A DNA stretch of 32,000 nt from contig NC_008340.1 of assembly GCF_000014785.1 (NCBI RefSeq), positions 240,001 through 272,000 of the forward strand, written 5' to 3'. Below the pieces are notes generated by a model. That model had not been told where the DNA came from. It worked only from the letters and a program-made list of their open reading frames with translations, and did not search any database. The translations under genes were made by a program, and so were the position numbers. Origin of the DNA: Alkalilimnicola ehrlichii MLHE-1. Lineage in GTDB: Bacteria; Pseudomonadota; Gammaproteobacteria; Nitrococcales; Halorhodospiraceae. Below, in pieces: positions 7,756 to 15,603 of the stretch; the stretch's first letter is position 1, and the number at the start of each line of letters is the position of its first letter.

Positions 7756-10269
7756 TCACGCCTTTTCCAGCCGCACCTTGGCGGTGTAGTAACAGGCGAG
7801 CCCGGAAATCGGGTCAGAGAGGTTCTCGGTGAGATCACCCGAGTGCCCTGGTTTCATGTCACGGCCCTGGGCGGTGGCCCAGCGGCCCTGGGCCCAGTGG
7901 CCGTACTCCATGGGCAGCACCAGGGTGTCCGGACGGTGCCCCGGCATGTAGCGGGCCACGGCGAGGATGGACTTGGTCTCGCCCCGTACCTGGGCGGAGA
8001 GGCGGACGGTGTCGCCGTCGTTGATGCCGCGCTCCTGGGCGGTCTTGGGGTGGATCTCCAGGTAACAGGTGCCCCGACCCCCGACAATGGGCTGCATATA
8101 GGCCTGGGCCTGCGGGATGTTGGCGCTGCGGCCCTCCGCGTGCAGCGGGGTCTTGGGGGTGACGAAGTGCAGGTCACCGTCGCCGGTGTGGCGGGGCTCC
8201 ACCCACTGGATGAGTCCGACCCGATCCTCGGCGATGCCCATCTCCCGGGCGATATAGTTGGCGTTGTTCTCCAGGAAACTGGACTTGAACTCGAACTTGC
8301 CGGAGGCCGTGGGCATGAGCTTGTCCTTGACCTCGTCCTCCGACATCTCGATGTTGTAGCCCTCGCCGTCCCACTCGTAGAAGGTGCCCCGCCAGTAGCG
8401 CCAGTGGTAGGGCTTCTTGTACCAGACGCCCTTCTCCTTCCAGCTCTCGAAGTCGTTGACGCCATTATCGCCCGGGTCGTTGGCGAAGCCGGCGGCGCGG
8501 TGGCGCAGCATGTTCTCCACATCACCCAACTCGCGGTAGTAGTCCGCCATCGGGCTGTTAATGCGCTTGCCGATCTCGATGATCATGTCGCCGAAGTGTT
8601 TGGTGTCGTACACCGGGTCCACGGCCGGGGTGCGCAGCGCGGCCATGGGCCAACCCTCGAACGGGTAGGTGGGCGAGTCCTGCAGCCGCTCCAGGTAGGT
8701 GTGCTCCGGCATGATGATGTCGGCGTACATGGCCGTCTCGCCGGGGTAGGGGGAGGTGTCGATGATGAAGACGTCCTTCAGTGCCTCCTCCCACAGGCGC
8801 GGGTCGGGCGCGGTCCAGATGGGGTTAGTGACGAAGAACATGGCCGTGTCCAGCTTGTAGGGGTCGCCGGCCAGGTGGTGCTTGGCGCACTCCTGCATCA
8901 TGGTGCCGGCCATCGGCCACTTCTCGGTGCCCGCCATGTCGATGCGCGGATGCTTGCCCTGCATCTCCCGGGCGTAGTCGTCCATGTAATCGTCGGCGCT
9001 CACCGGCAGCGGGCCGTAGGAGGGACCCATCTGGTAAAACAGCCCGCCCTCGGCGAACATGCTGCCCACCAGCGCGTTCAGCGCGTGCACCGCCATGCCA
9101 TTGTAGGTGCCGTTGAAGTGGGCGGTCGGCCCACGCTCCATGATGGCCATGGCCGGGCGGGTGGTCGCGAACTCCCGGGCCACGGTATAGATGTGCTTGG
9201 CCGGGATGGTGGTGATCTCCTCGGCCCACTCCGGGGTGCGGTCCTTCAGCTCCCCGTTCCACCATTCGGCCAGGCCGTGGGTCCAGTTGGCCTGGAAGGC
9301 GTCGGGAATGATGGTCTCGCCGGTGCGGAAGTGGTTGCGGCCGTCCTCGAAATCGCCGACGAACTCCTTGTCCCACAGGCCCTCGGTGAGGATGACATGG
9401 GCGATGGCCAGGGCCAGGGCGCCGTCGGTGCCCGGCTTGATCATCAGCGCGCGGTCCGAGGCCGCCATGGTGGGATTCATGCGCACATCAATGGTGGTTA
9501 CCCGGGTCTTGGGGCTCTTCGTGCGCATGTGGCCCCAAACCTGCATCAGGTAGTTGTAGGGGCGGAAGGCCTCCAGGAAGCCGGCGCCGAAGTTCAGGAT
9601 GTAGTTGGTGTTGCGGTAGTCGTAACTGTTGTAGGAGTCGTTGCCGTCAGTGGCGCGCTTGGCCCGCTTGGAGCCCTCGGCGCACATGGAGGCGTGGCCG
9701 ATGGCCGAGTTCGGGGTGCCGTAGAGCTTGCCGAAGTCGCCGTACAGGCCAGCATCGGAGGAGCCCCAGCCGCGACCGTAGAAGTGGGCAAAGCGATGGG
9801 ACTCGCCGCGCTCGCGCAGGCGGTTGAGCCGCTCGGCGACAATATCGAAGGCCTCGTCCCAGGAGATGGGCACGAACTCCGGGTCCTCGTCGCGGCCCTT
9901 GTTGGGGTTGGTGCGCTTCATCGGGCCCTTGAACCGGTCCGGGTCGTACAGCAACTGGGTGCCCAGGTGGCCCTTGGGGCAGAGCTTGCCGTTGGCGATG
10001 GGGTTGCCCGGGTCGCCGTAGATGGCGTGCACCCGTCCGTTGGTGGTGTAGACGTTGATGCCGCAGCGGGCCGGGCACTGGTGACAGATGTTCTTGGTCA
10101 CACGGGTCTCGCCGCCCGGCCGGGCATTGACATGGGTGGAGGTGGTGCTGGCGGCGGTGAAGCCGGCCAGCTTGCCCACCCCGGCGGTGGTCGCGGCCGC
10201 GGCGCCGGTGGCACCGGTGGCCTTGAGGAACCGCCGCCGGTTAAGCAGCGTATCCAGGATCATTTTCAT
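7756..10269 (-). CDS. arxA: Tat-exported bis-MGD molybdopterin oxidoreductase catalytic subunit, ArxA-type anaerobic arsenite oxidase
   Basis: 837 aa. Twin-arginine signal NRRRFLKATGATGAAAA. N-terminal CHQCPARC-X27-C (CX2CX3CX27C) Fe-S motif. YGRGWG at aa 164-169. Operon context arxB2/B/C/D plus divergent arxXSR. Confidence 0.8.
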   Translation of the reverse strand: MKMILDTLLNRRRFLKATGATGAAAATTAGVGKLAGFTAASTTSTHVNARPGGETRVTKNICHQCPARCGINVYTTNGRVHAIYGDPGNPIANGKLCPKGHLGTQLLYDPDRFKGPMKRTNPNKGRDEDPEFVPISWDEAFDIVAERLNRLRERGESHRFAHFYGRGWGSSDAGLYGDFGKLYGTPNSAIGHASMCAEGSKRAKRATDGNDSYNSYDYRNTNYILNFGAGFLEAFRPYNYLMQVWGHMRTKSPKTRVTTIDVRMNPTMAASDRALMIKPGTDGALALAIAHVILTEGLWDKEFVGDFEDGRNHFRTGETIIPDAFQANWTHGLAEWWNGELKDRTPEWAEEITTIPAKHIYTVAREFATTRPAMAIMERGPTAHFNGTYNGMAVHALNALVGSMFAEGGLFYQMGPSYGPLPVSADDYMDDYAREMQGKHPRIDMAGTEKWPMAGTMMQECAKHHLAGDPYKLDTAMFFVTNPIWTAPDPRLWEEALKDVFIIDTSPYPGETAMYADIIMPEHTYLERLQDSPTYPFEGWPMAALRTPAVDPVYDTKHFGDMIIEIGKRINSPMADYYRELGDVENMLRHRAAGFANDPGDNGVNDFESWKEKGVWYKKPYHWRYWRGTFYEWDGEGYNIEMSEDEVKDKLMPTASGKFEFKSSFLENNANYIAREMGIAEDRVGLIQWVEPRHTGDGDLHFVTPKTPLHAEGRSANIPQAQAYMQPIVGGRGTCYLEIHPKTAQERGINDGDTVRLSAQVRGETKSILAVARYMPGHRPDTLVLPMEYGHWAQGRWATAQGRDMKPGHSGDLTENLSDPISGLACYYTAKVRLEKA

Positions 10270-11552
10270 CGCCTTGTATCCTCCTGATCATCGTGATCCC
10301 CGGGTTGGGTGCCCGGGTCTTGTGCGGGGCCCGCGGCCCCGGAGCTTGAGCCTGCCCCGAAGAGCAGGTCGCGGCCCGAATCCTGGGCCAGTGCGGCATC
10401 CTTGCGGCAGCCGGGACAGAGCGTGTGCTCCTTCCCCGCGGTGAACGTGGTGTGACAGCGCTGGCAACGCTGCCGGTGGTGTCGGGTGGCCGGGACGCGT
10501 CCCACATAGGGGTGGCCGTCGCGTTCCGTTATGGTGATGGCCTTTTCCGGGCAGACCTGTTGACACAGGCCGCAACGGATGCAGAAGAGCGGGTCGTAGT
10601 CCAGCCCGCTGCCGTCCTCGTCCTCCACCGGTTGCAGGGCGCCGGTGGGGCAGAGCGCCGCGCAGATACGGTGGTTGCAGCAGGCGTCGGAGATCTTCGC
10701 CTGCGGAAAGAGGGTGTTGGGCAGGCTCTGGTCCTGGGCCACCGCCAGGGCCGCCAGGGCCTCCACCCGGCGAAGGCGCGGTGCGGGCTGAACCCGGCCC
10801 GAGACCATCGGCACTGCGGCCGGCGCGGCCGGGCCGGTGCCCTGGATCTGTTCCGCGGCCCCGGCCGCGTGGCCGGCCAGCCGACGGAACAGCCCCCGGC
10901 GGCTGACCCGTGTCTCCCCGCCGGGTGTGGGGGTCTCCCGGCGGTACAGGTGGGCGGGTAGCGGGGCCTTCCGCAGGCTGGGGCTGCGCCCGGTAAGCCC
11001 CAGTGAGGCCAGGGCCTCGCGGCACTCGGTCAGGGCCTGATCCACCGGCGGGCGCCGGCAGTCGGCGGCGGCCGGGCAGTCGGCGCACCAGCCCCGGTCG
11101 AGCAGTTCCACCGGACGCTCGCCGCACTCCTGCACCAGTCGCAGCAGGCGATCGCTGCCCAGGCCCCCCAGGCAGGGCACCCGCAGGGCGCCTTCCGGGG
11201 ACTGCTCCGGCGGCACCCGCCAACAATCCACGGCCAGCGGTGCGGTGGCCTGGTCATCGCCGGGGTGGCTGTCCAGCCCGGCGCCGTTGATCGCCCCGGT
11301 CGGGCAGGCCGCGGTGCAGCGGCCGCAGGCGACGCAGTCGCCGGTCAGTTGCGGGCCTTTCGGCGTGGCGGTCAGGGCATCCACCGGGCAGGCCTGGCTG
11401 CAGGCACGGCAATCGGACAGGGGCGAGCGCGCCGGCAGGCAGGCGTTCTCCTGCCACAGCAACCAGGGCTGGGCATCGCTCAGGCGATGCCAGGCCGACT
11501 GTTCGGCGGACTCTGACAAGCGGCTTCTCCTCCACACCCCGGCCCGGTTCAT
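10266..11552 (-). CDS. arxB2: cytoplasmic multi-[4Fe-4S] protein (ArxB2 / ArxB-prime) with a C-terminal zinc-ribbon and acidic tail
   Basis: 428 aa with no Tat or Sec signal. Cys clusters: CRACSQACP, CVACGRCTAACP, CCNHRICAALCP, CIRCGLCQQVCP. The tail carries CQRCHTTF...CPGCR. ATGA overlap with the arxA start. Confidence 0.72.
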   Translation of the reverse strand: MNRAGVWRRSRLSESAEQSAWHRLSDAQPWLLWQENACLPARSPLSDCRACSQACPVDALTATPKGPQLTGDCVACGRCTAACPTGAINGAGLDSHPGDDQATAPLAVDCWRVPPEQSPEGALRVPCLGGLGSDRLLRLVQECGERPVELLDRGWCADCPAAADCRRPPVDQALTECREALASLGLTGRSPSLRKAPLPAHLYRRETPTPGGETRVSRRGLFRRLAGHAAGAAEQIQGTGPAAPAAVPMVSGRVQPAPRLRRVEALAALAVAQDQSLPNTLFPQAKISDACCNHRICAALCPTGALQPVEDEDGSGLDYDPLFCIRCGLCQQVCPEKAITITERDGHPYVGRVPATRHHRQRCQRCHTTFTAGKEHTLCPGCRKDAALAQDSGRDLLFGAGSSSGAAGPAQDPGTQPGDHDDQEDTRR

Positions 11553-11629
11553 TGATTTATTCCCCCGCCGTGCGAGGGTCGGGCCGTTGGTCTAATTGCG
11601 AAGTAACTTTTATAGTGGTGTGGTCTTAA

Positions 11630-11644
11630 GCAATAGCCTTGCCA
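11630..11644 (-). promoter_or_regulatory. sigma54 (-24/-12) promoter for arxB2ABC(D)
   Basis: The minus strand reads TGGCAAGGCTATTGC, giving GG-N10-GC spacing that fits TGGCAC-N5-TTGC. It lies 78-92 nt upstream of the arxB2 ATG. A sigma54-dependent activator is encoded next door. Confidence 0.6.
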
Positions 11645-11709
11645 AGTGGCGTGGTGTGGCATTTAGACGCAGCGCGGCGCAGGATGGCCCAGCGAATCTG
11701 CGCATGAGT

Positions 11710-11725
11710 GTTACCGGTGGGTAAC
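11710..11725. promoter_or_regulatory. palindrome GTTACC-N4-GGTAAC, candidate enhancer-binding (ArxR) site 1
   Basis: tGTTACCggtgGGTAACg lies about 70 bp upstream of the sigma54 promoter. Confidence 0.45.
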
Positions 11726-11752
11726 GTAAACGAGGTGGTTCCGGCTTGAATT

Positions 11753-11768
11753 GTTACCGATAGGTAAC
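11753..11768. promoter_or_regulatory. palindrome GTTACC-N4-GGTAAC, candidate enhancer-binding (ArxR) site 2
   Basis: tGTTACCgataGGTAACg. Its centre is 43 bp from site 1 (about 4 helical turns). It ends 20 nt upstream of the arxX ATG. Confidence 0.45.
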
Positions 11769-11787
11769 GGCCGCGTGGAGGTGGAAG

Positions 11788-12687
11788 ATGGCCCGTTGGT
11801 TCGGTTCCGTATGGTTGGCGCTGTTGGTGGCGTCGACACCCGCGGCGATCGCCGCAGAGCACGCTGCAGAGCAATCGCAGCCCCTGCGTATCGGCCTGAC
11901 GCCGGTGATCCTGGAGGATCAATTGAGCTTCCTGGACGAGTGGCAGACCTACCTGGAGCGGCGCACCGGCCGGGAGGTGCAATTCGTGCGCCGTAACAGC
12001 TACGGTGAGGTGGTGGAGCTGGCTCTGCGGGGCCGGATCGACTTCGCATGGCTTTGCGGCTACCCCTACGTCCAGCATGACACCCGATTGGGTCTGCTGG
12101 CGGTCCCGCGGTTCAACGGGGCGCCCCTCTACCAGGCCTATTTAATCGTGCCGGCCAATGACCAGGCGACCGAATCCATCAAGGACCTGGCCGGCCGGGT
12201 ATTTGCTTACTCCGATCCCAATTCCAACTCCGGCTGGCTCTACGGCCAGCAGTTGCTGGACGAGGCCGGCGTCATGGACCCGGAGCGCTTCTTCCTGCGC
12301 ACCTTCTTCACCTTCAGCCACCGCAAGGTGGTGGAGGCGGTGGCGGAGCGCGTGGCCCATGGTGGCCTCGTGGATGGCTACGTCTGGGAGACGCTGGCGC
12401 TGGACCGGCCCGACCTCACCGGGCGGACCCGGGTCGTGCATCGCTCCGAGCCGTTTGGCTTTCCGCCGCTGGTGGCTTCTCCCGGCACCACCGAGGGCGA
12501 ACGCCGGGCGCTGCAAGAGGCCCTGTTCGGTATGGATGAGGACCAGCGCGGACGGGAGTTGCTGGAGCGCTTGAACCTGGAGCGGTTCGAGGCCGGGGAT
12601 GAGTCGCTCTACGACGGTATCCGCGATCTCAAGCGCCTGGTGGATGTGGGCCGGCTGCCGGAGCCGCCGGACGGCTACGAGCGATGA
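11788..12687 (+). CDS. arxX: periplasmic PhnD-like substrate-binding protein (arsenite-sensing partner of the two-component system)
   Basis: 299 aa. Sec signal MARWFGSVWLALLVASTPAAIAAE. PhnD-type fold signature (IDFAWLCGYPYV, SNSGWLY). ATGA-coupled to the kinase gene. Confidence 0.75.
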   Translation: MARWFGSVWLALLVASTPAAIAAEHAAEQSQPLRIGLTPVILEDQLSFLDEWQTYLERRTGREVQFVRRNSYGEVVELALRGRIDFAWLCGYPYVQHDTRLGLLAVPRFNGAPLYQAYLIVPANDQATESIKDLAGRVFAYSDPNSNSGWLYGQQLLDEAGVMDPERFFLRTFFTFSHRKVVEAVAERVAHGGLVDGYVWETLALDRPDLTGRTRVVHRSEPFGFPPLVASPGTTEGERRALQEALFGMDEDQRGRELLERLNLERFEAGDESLYDGIRDLKRLVDVGRLPEPPDGYER

Positions 12688-14150
12688 TCGAGAACATCAG
12701 CTACCGCTACAAGGTGCCGCTGAACATCACCCTGGTGGTGGTGCTGACCGCGGCGGTGATCTCGCTGACGGTGTTGGGGCAGGCCTGGCGCGATCTGGAG
12801 CGGGACCTTTACCAGAACGGCCAGAGCCTGGCCCGGGTGCTGGCCCATGGGGTCGCCCCGGCGCTGTTGCAGGAGGACGTCTGGGGGGCCTACGAGACCA
12901 TCCGGACCCCCATGGCGGTGGACATGGAGCCCCACCTGCGCCCGGAGAGCATCATGGTGCTGGACGAGCACCACCGGATCTATGTCTCCACCGATCCGGA
13001 CCGCCTGCCAATCCTCGCCCGCCCCGCCGAGGCGGACCCCGATCTGGCTCCTCTGGGGCGGTTACTGGCCGGGGAGGGGATCAGTGGCCCGGAGCGGCTG
13101 CAGTTGGCGGGCAACGAGTTCCTGGTGCTGTTGCCGGTGGAGATGGATGGCAGCGTGCTGGGTACGGTGGTGCTGGGCTATTCGCGCGCCGGGTTTCTGC
13201 CCCGTTTTCTCGGGGCGATGCAACAGGTGTTGGTCACCACGTTCCTGATCCTGCTGGTGCTGGTGCCGGCCGGATGGTGGCTGGGCCGGCGGGTGGCCGA
13301 GCCGCTGCTGGCGCTGTCCGCCTGTATGGATAAGCTCGGCAGCGGCTCCGCGGAGCGGCTGGGCTGCCAACTGCGGCGTACCGGCGACGATGAGATCGGA
13401 CGGCTCAATCGCCAATTCCACGCCCTCATTGAGGAGTTGCAGGAGAAAGAGGCCCTGGAGCGGGAGATGGTGCGGGCCGACCGGCTGGCGGCCATCGGCC
13501 GGCTGACCTCCGGGATCGCCCACGAGATCAACAACCCGCTTGGCGGCATGCTCAACGCACTCAACACCTATAAACATCATGGGGCGCCGGACCCCTTCAC
13601 CCTCAAGACCCTGTCGCTGGTGGAGCGCGGTCTGCTGCAGATCCGCGATATCGTCGGCGCTCTGCTGGTGGAGACCCGGCTTAAGGGGGAGGACCTCTGG
13701 GCGGAGGACCTGGAGGATGTGCGTACACTGCTGGCGCCGGACATTCGCCGAAAGCAGGTGAACCTGGACTGGGACAACCGGCTTCAGGGGCCGGTGCCCC
13801 TGCCGGCGACCCCGGTGCGTCAGGTGCTCATCAACCTGCTGCTCAACGCGGTGCGCGCGGCGCAACAGCGTGGTCGGGTCGATTGCCGGCTGGAGCGTGT
13901 CGACGGCTGGTTGCTGATCACCGTCTGGAACGACGGCGACCACATACCCGCCGAGCGCATGGATCACCTGTTCGAGCCCTTCTCCGGTGCCAGTGCCGTG
14001 GGCAACGGCCTGGGCTTGTGGGTAACCTATCAGATCATTGAGCAGCTAAGTGGGCGTATTGAAGTGGAGAGTCGACCCGACGACACCCGATTCGTCGTCC
14101 AGTTGCCGCTGGAGGCCCGTGAGGCCGAGCTGCGGGAGGCGCTGTCATGA
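12684..14150 (+). CDS. arxS: sensor histidine kinase (2 TM, HAMP, HisKA, HATPase_c)
   Basis: 488 aa. H-box SGIAHEINNPLGGM, N-box LINLLLNAVRAA, G-box GNGLGLWVTYQII. Confidence 0.85.
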   Translation: MIENISYRYKVPLNITLVVVLTAAVISLTVLGQAWRDLERDLYQNGQSLARVLAHGVAPALLQEDVWGAYETIRTPMAVDMEPHLRPESIMVLDEHHRIYVSTDPDRLPILARPAEADPDLAPLGRLLAGEGISGPERLQLAGNEFLVLLPVEMDGSVLGTVVLGYSRAGFLPRFLGAMQQVLVTTFLILLVLVPAGWWLGRRVAEPLLALSACMDKLGSGSAERLGCQLRRTGDDEIGRLNRQFHALIEELQEKEALEREMVRADRLAAIGRLTSGIAHEINNPLGGMLNALNTYKHHGAPDPFTLKTLSLVERGLLQIRDIVGALLVETRLKGEDLWAEDLEDVRTLLAPDIRRKQVNLDWDNRLQGPVPLPATPVRQVLINLLLNAVRAAQQRGRVDCRLERVDGWLLITVWNDGDHIPAERMDHLFEPFSGASAVGNGLGLWVTYQIIEQLSGRIEVESRPDDTRFVVQLPLEAREAELREALS

Positions 14151-15481
14151 GCGCTCGCCTGTGTCTCATCGAGGACGATCCCATCATGGGTGAGTCCCTG
14201 CAGGATCGCTTCACCCTGGAGGGGTTTCAGGTGGACTGGTTCGTGACCGCGGCACAGGCCCGGGAGCACCTGCGGGGCGGGGGATACGCGGCGGCCATCA
14301 GTGACATCCGGCTGCCCGACCAGGAGGGGGATGCCCTTTACCTGTCCTTGAAACGCGACGGCCAGGTGCTCCCCCCGTTTATCTTCATCACCGGCCACGG
14401 TGCCATCGAGACGGCGGTCCAGCTATTGAAGGAGGGGGCTGCGGATTACGTTACCAAACCCTTTGACCTGGATGAGCTGGTCACCAAGGTGCGCGGGCTG
14501 GCGGAGGCTCAGGGGGGAGACGCCCCGGCCGAGGAGGGCGAGCCCCTGCTTGGGATTGCACCGGCCATGCGGCGGCTTGAGGAGCGTCTGCGCCGCCTCG
14601 CCCGCGCCGGGGCCGGCGTGCTGATCACCGGTGAGTCCGGTGTCGGGAAGGAGCACGCCGCGCGCCTGCTCCACCAGGCCGGTGCCGGCGACGGTGAGCG
14701 CCCCTTCGTGGCGGTGAACTGCGGTGCGTTGACCGAGAGCCTGCTGGAGGCCGAGCTGTTTGGTCATGAACGAGGCGCTTTCACCGGCGCGGCCCGGGCG
14801 CGGCGCGGCGTGTTCGAGCAGGCTCAGGGGGGGACCCTGTTTCTGGACGAGATCGGCGATATGTCGCCGGCGATGCAGGTGCGTCTGCTGCGCGCGATTC
14901 AGGAACGCTGCATCACCCGGGTCGGTGGCGAGACGCCCATCCCCGTGGATATCCACCTGGTGTCCGCCACCCACCGCGACCTGCGTGCCCTGGTGGAGTC
15001 CGGTGAATTCCGCGAGGACCTCTACTACCGCATCAACACCGTGCAGGTGCGCATCCCGCCGCTGCGCGAACGGCCCGAGGATATCCTCTGGTTCGCCGCC
15101 CGCTTCCTCGCCGAGGCGGCTGCCGAGCAGGGACGGGAGGATCTGCAGGGGCTGTCCGGTCAGGCCCAGGAGGCGCTGCTGGAGCACCACTGGCCCGGCA
15201 ATCTGCGTGAGCTGCGCCATGCCATCGATCGGGCGGTCATCCTCGCCGAGGGGCCGCAGGTCACCCCGGCGGATCTGTTTGACGACCGGGATGAGCCGGG
15301 CCTGCCCGATGAGGCGGGCCAGGGGCTGACCGATTACCTGCGTCGTTGCGAACGGGCCCATATCGTGCAGGCGCTGGAGGCCCACGGCGGGCATATGGCC
15401 CGGACCGCCGCCAGCCTGGGGATCAGCCGCAAGAACCTTTGGGAGAAGATGAAGAAGCTCGGGGTGAAGGCGCCCGGATAG
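14147..15481 (+). CDS. arxR: sigma54-dependent NtrC/Fis-family response regulator
   Basis: 444 aa. Receiver domain (AAISDIRLPD), Walker A GESGVGKE, GAFTGA motif, C-terminal HTH AASLGISRKNLWEKMKKLG. Confidence 0.9.
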   Translation: MSARLCLIEDDPIMGESLQDRFTLEGFQVDWFVTAAQAREHLRGGGYAAAISDIRLPDQEGDALYLSLKRDGQVLPPFIFITGHGAIETAVQLLKEGAADYVTKPFDLDELVTKVRGLAEAQGGDAPAEEGEPLLGIAPAMRRLEERLRRLARAGAGVLITGESGVGKEHAARLLHQAGAGDGERPFVAVNCGALTESLLEAELFGHERGAFTGAARARRGVFEQAQGGTLFLDEIGDMSPAMQVRLLRAIQERCITRVGGETPIPVDIHLVSATHRDLRALVESGEFREDLYYRINTVQVRIPPLRERPEDILWFAARFLAEAAAEQGREDLQGLSGQAQEALLEHHWPGNLRELRHAIDRAVILAEGPQVTPADLFDDRDEPGLPDEAGQGLTDYLRRCERAHIVQALEAHGGHMARTAASLGISRKNLWEKMKKLGVKAPG

Positions 15482-15536
15482 CGAGGGCGGCTGTGCGCTG
15501 TCGCTGGTTTGTCGCAGTGGGGTGCGGGGGCTACGC

Positions 15537-15566
15537 TTCAAGTCAGGGCGGCAAGGCGGTTATACT
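15537..15566 (+). promoter_or_regulatory. possible sigma70 promoter for tal (TTCAAG-N18-TATACT)
   Basis: This is the only promoter-like hexamer pair in the 122-bp arxR-tal gap. The spacer is one nt longer than optimal. Confidence 0.25.
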
Positions 15567-15603
15567 GCCCGGTTCCCGATCAAATCAGGTGCGGAGGCGC
15601 ACG

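Noticed and set aside
7645-10287. 880-aa ORF on the + strand opposite arxA
   Set aside because: This is a shadow ORF typical of high-GC DNA. It is rich in G/A/V/L/R/H, has no recognisable motif and no SD. The minus-strand frame carries an unmistakable molybdopterin oxidoreductase.
11657-11671. Plus-strand TGGCATTTAGACGC, which could be a sigma54 promoter for arxX
   Set aside because: The GG-to-GC spacing is 9 nt instead of 10. The -12 region reads ACGC rather than TTGC. Treated as chance.
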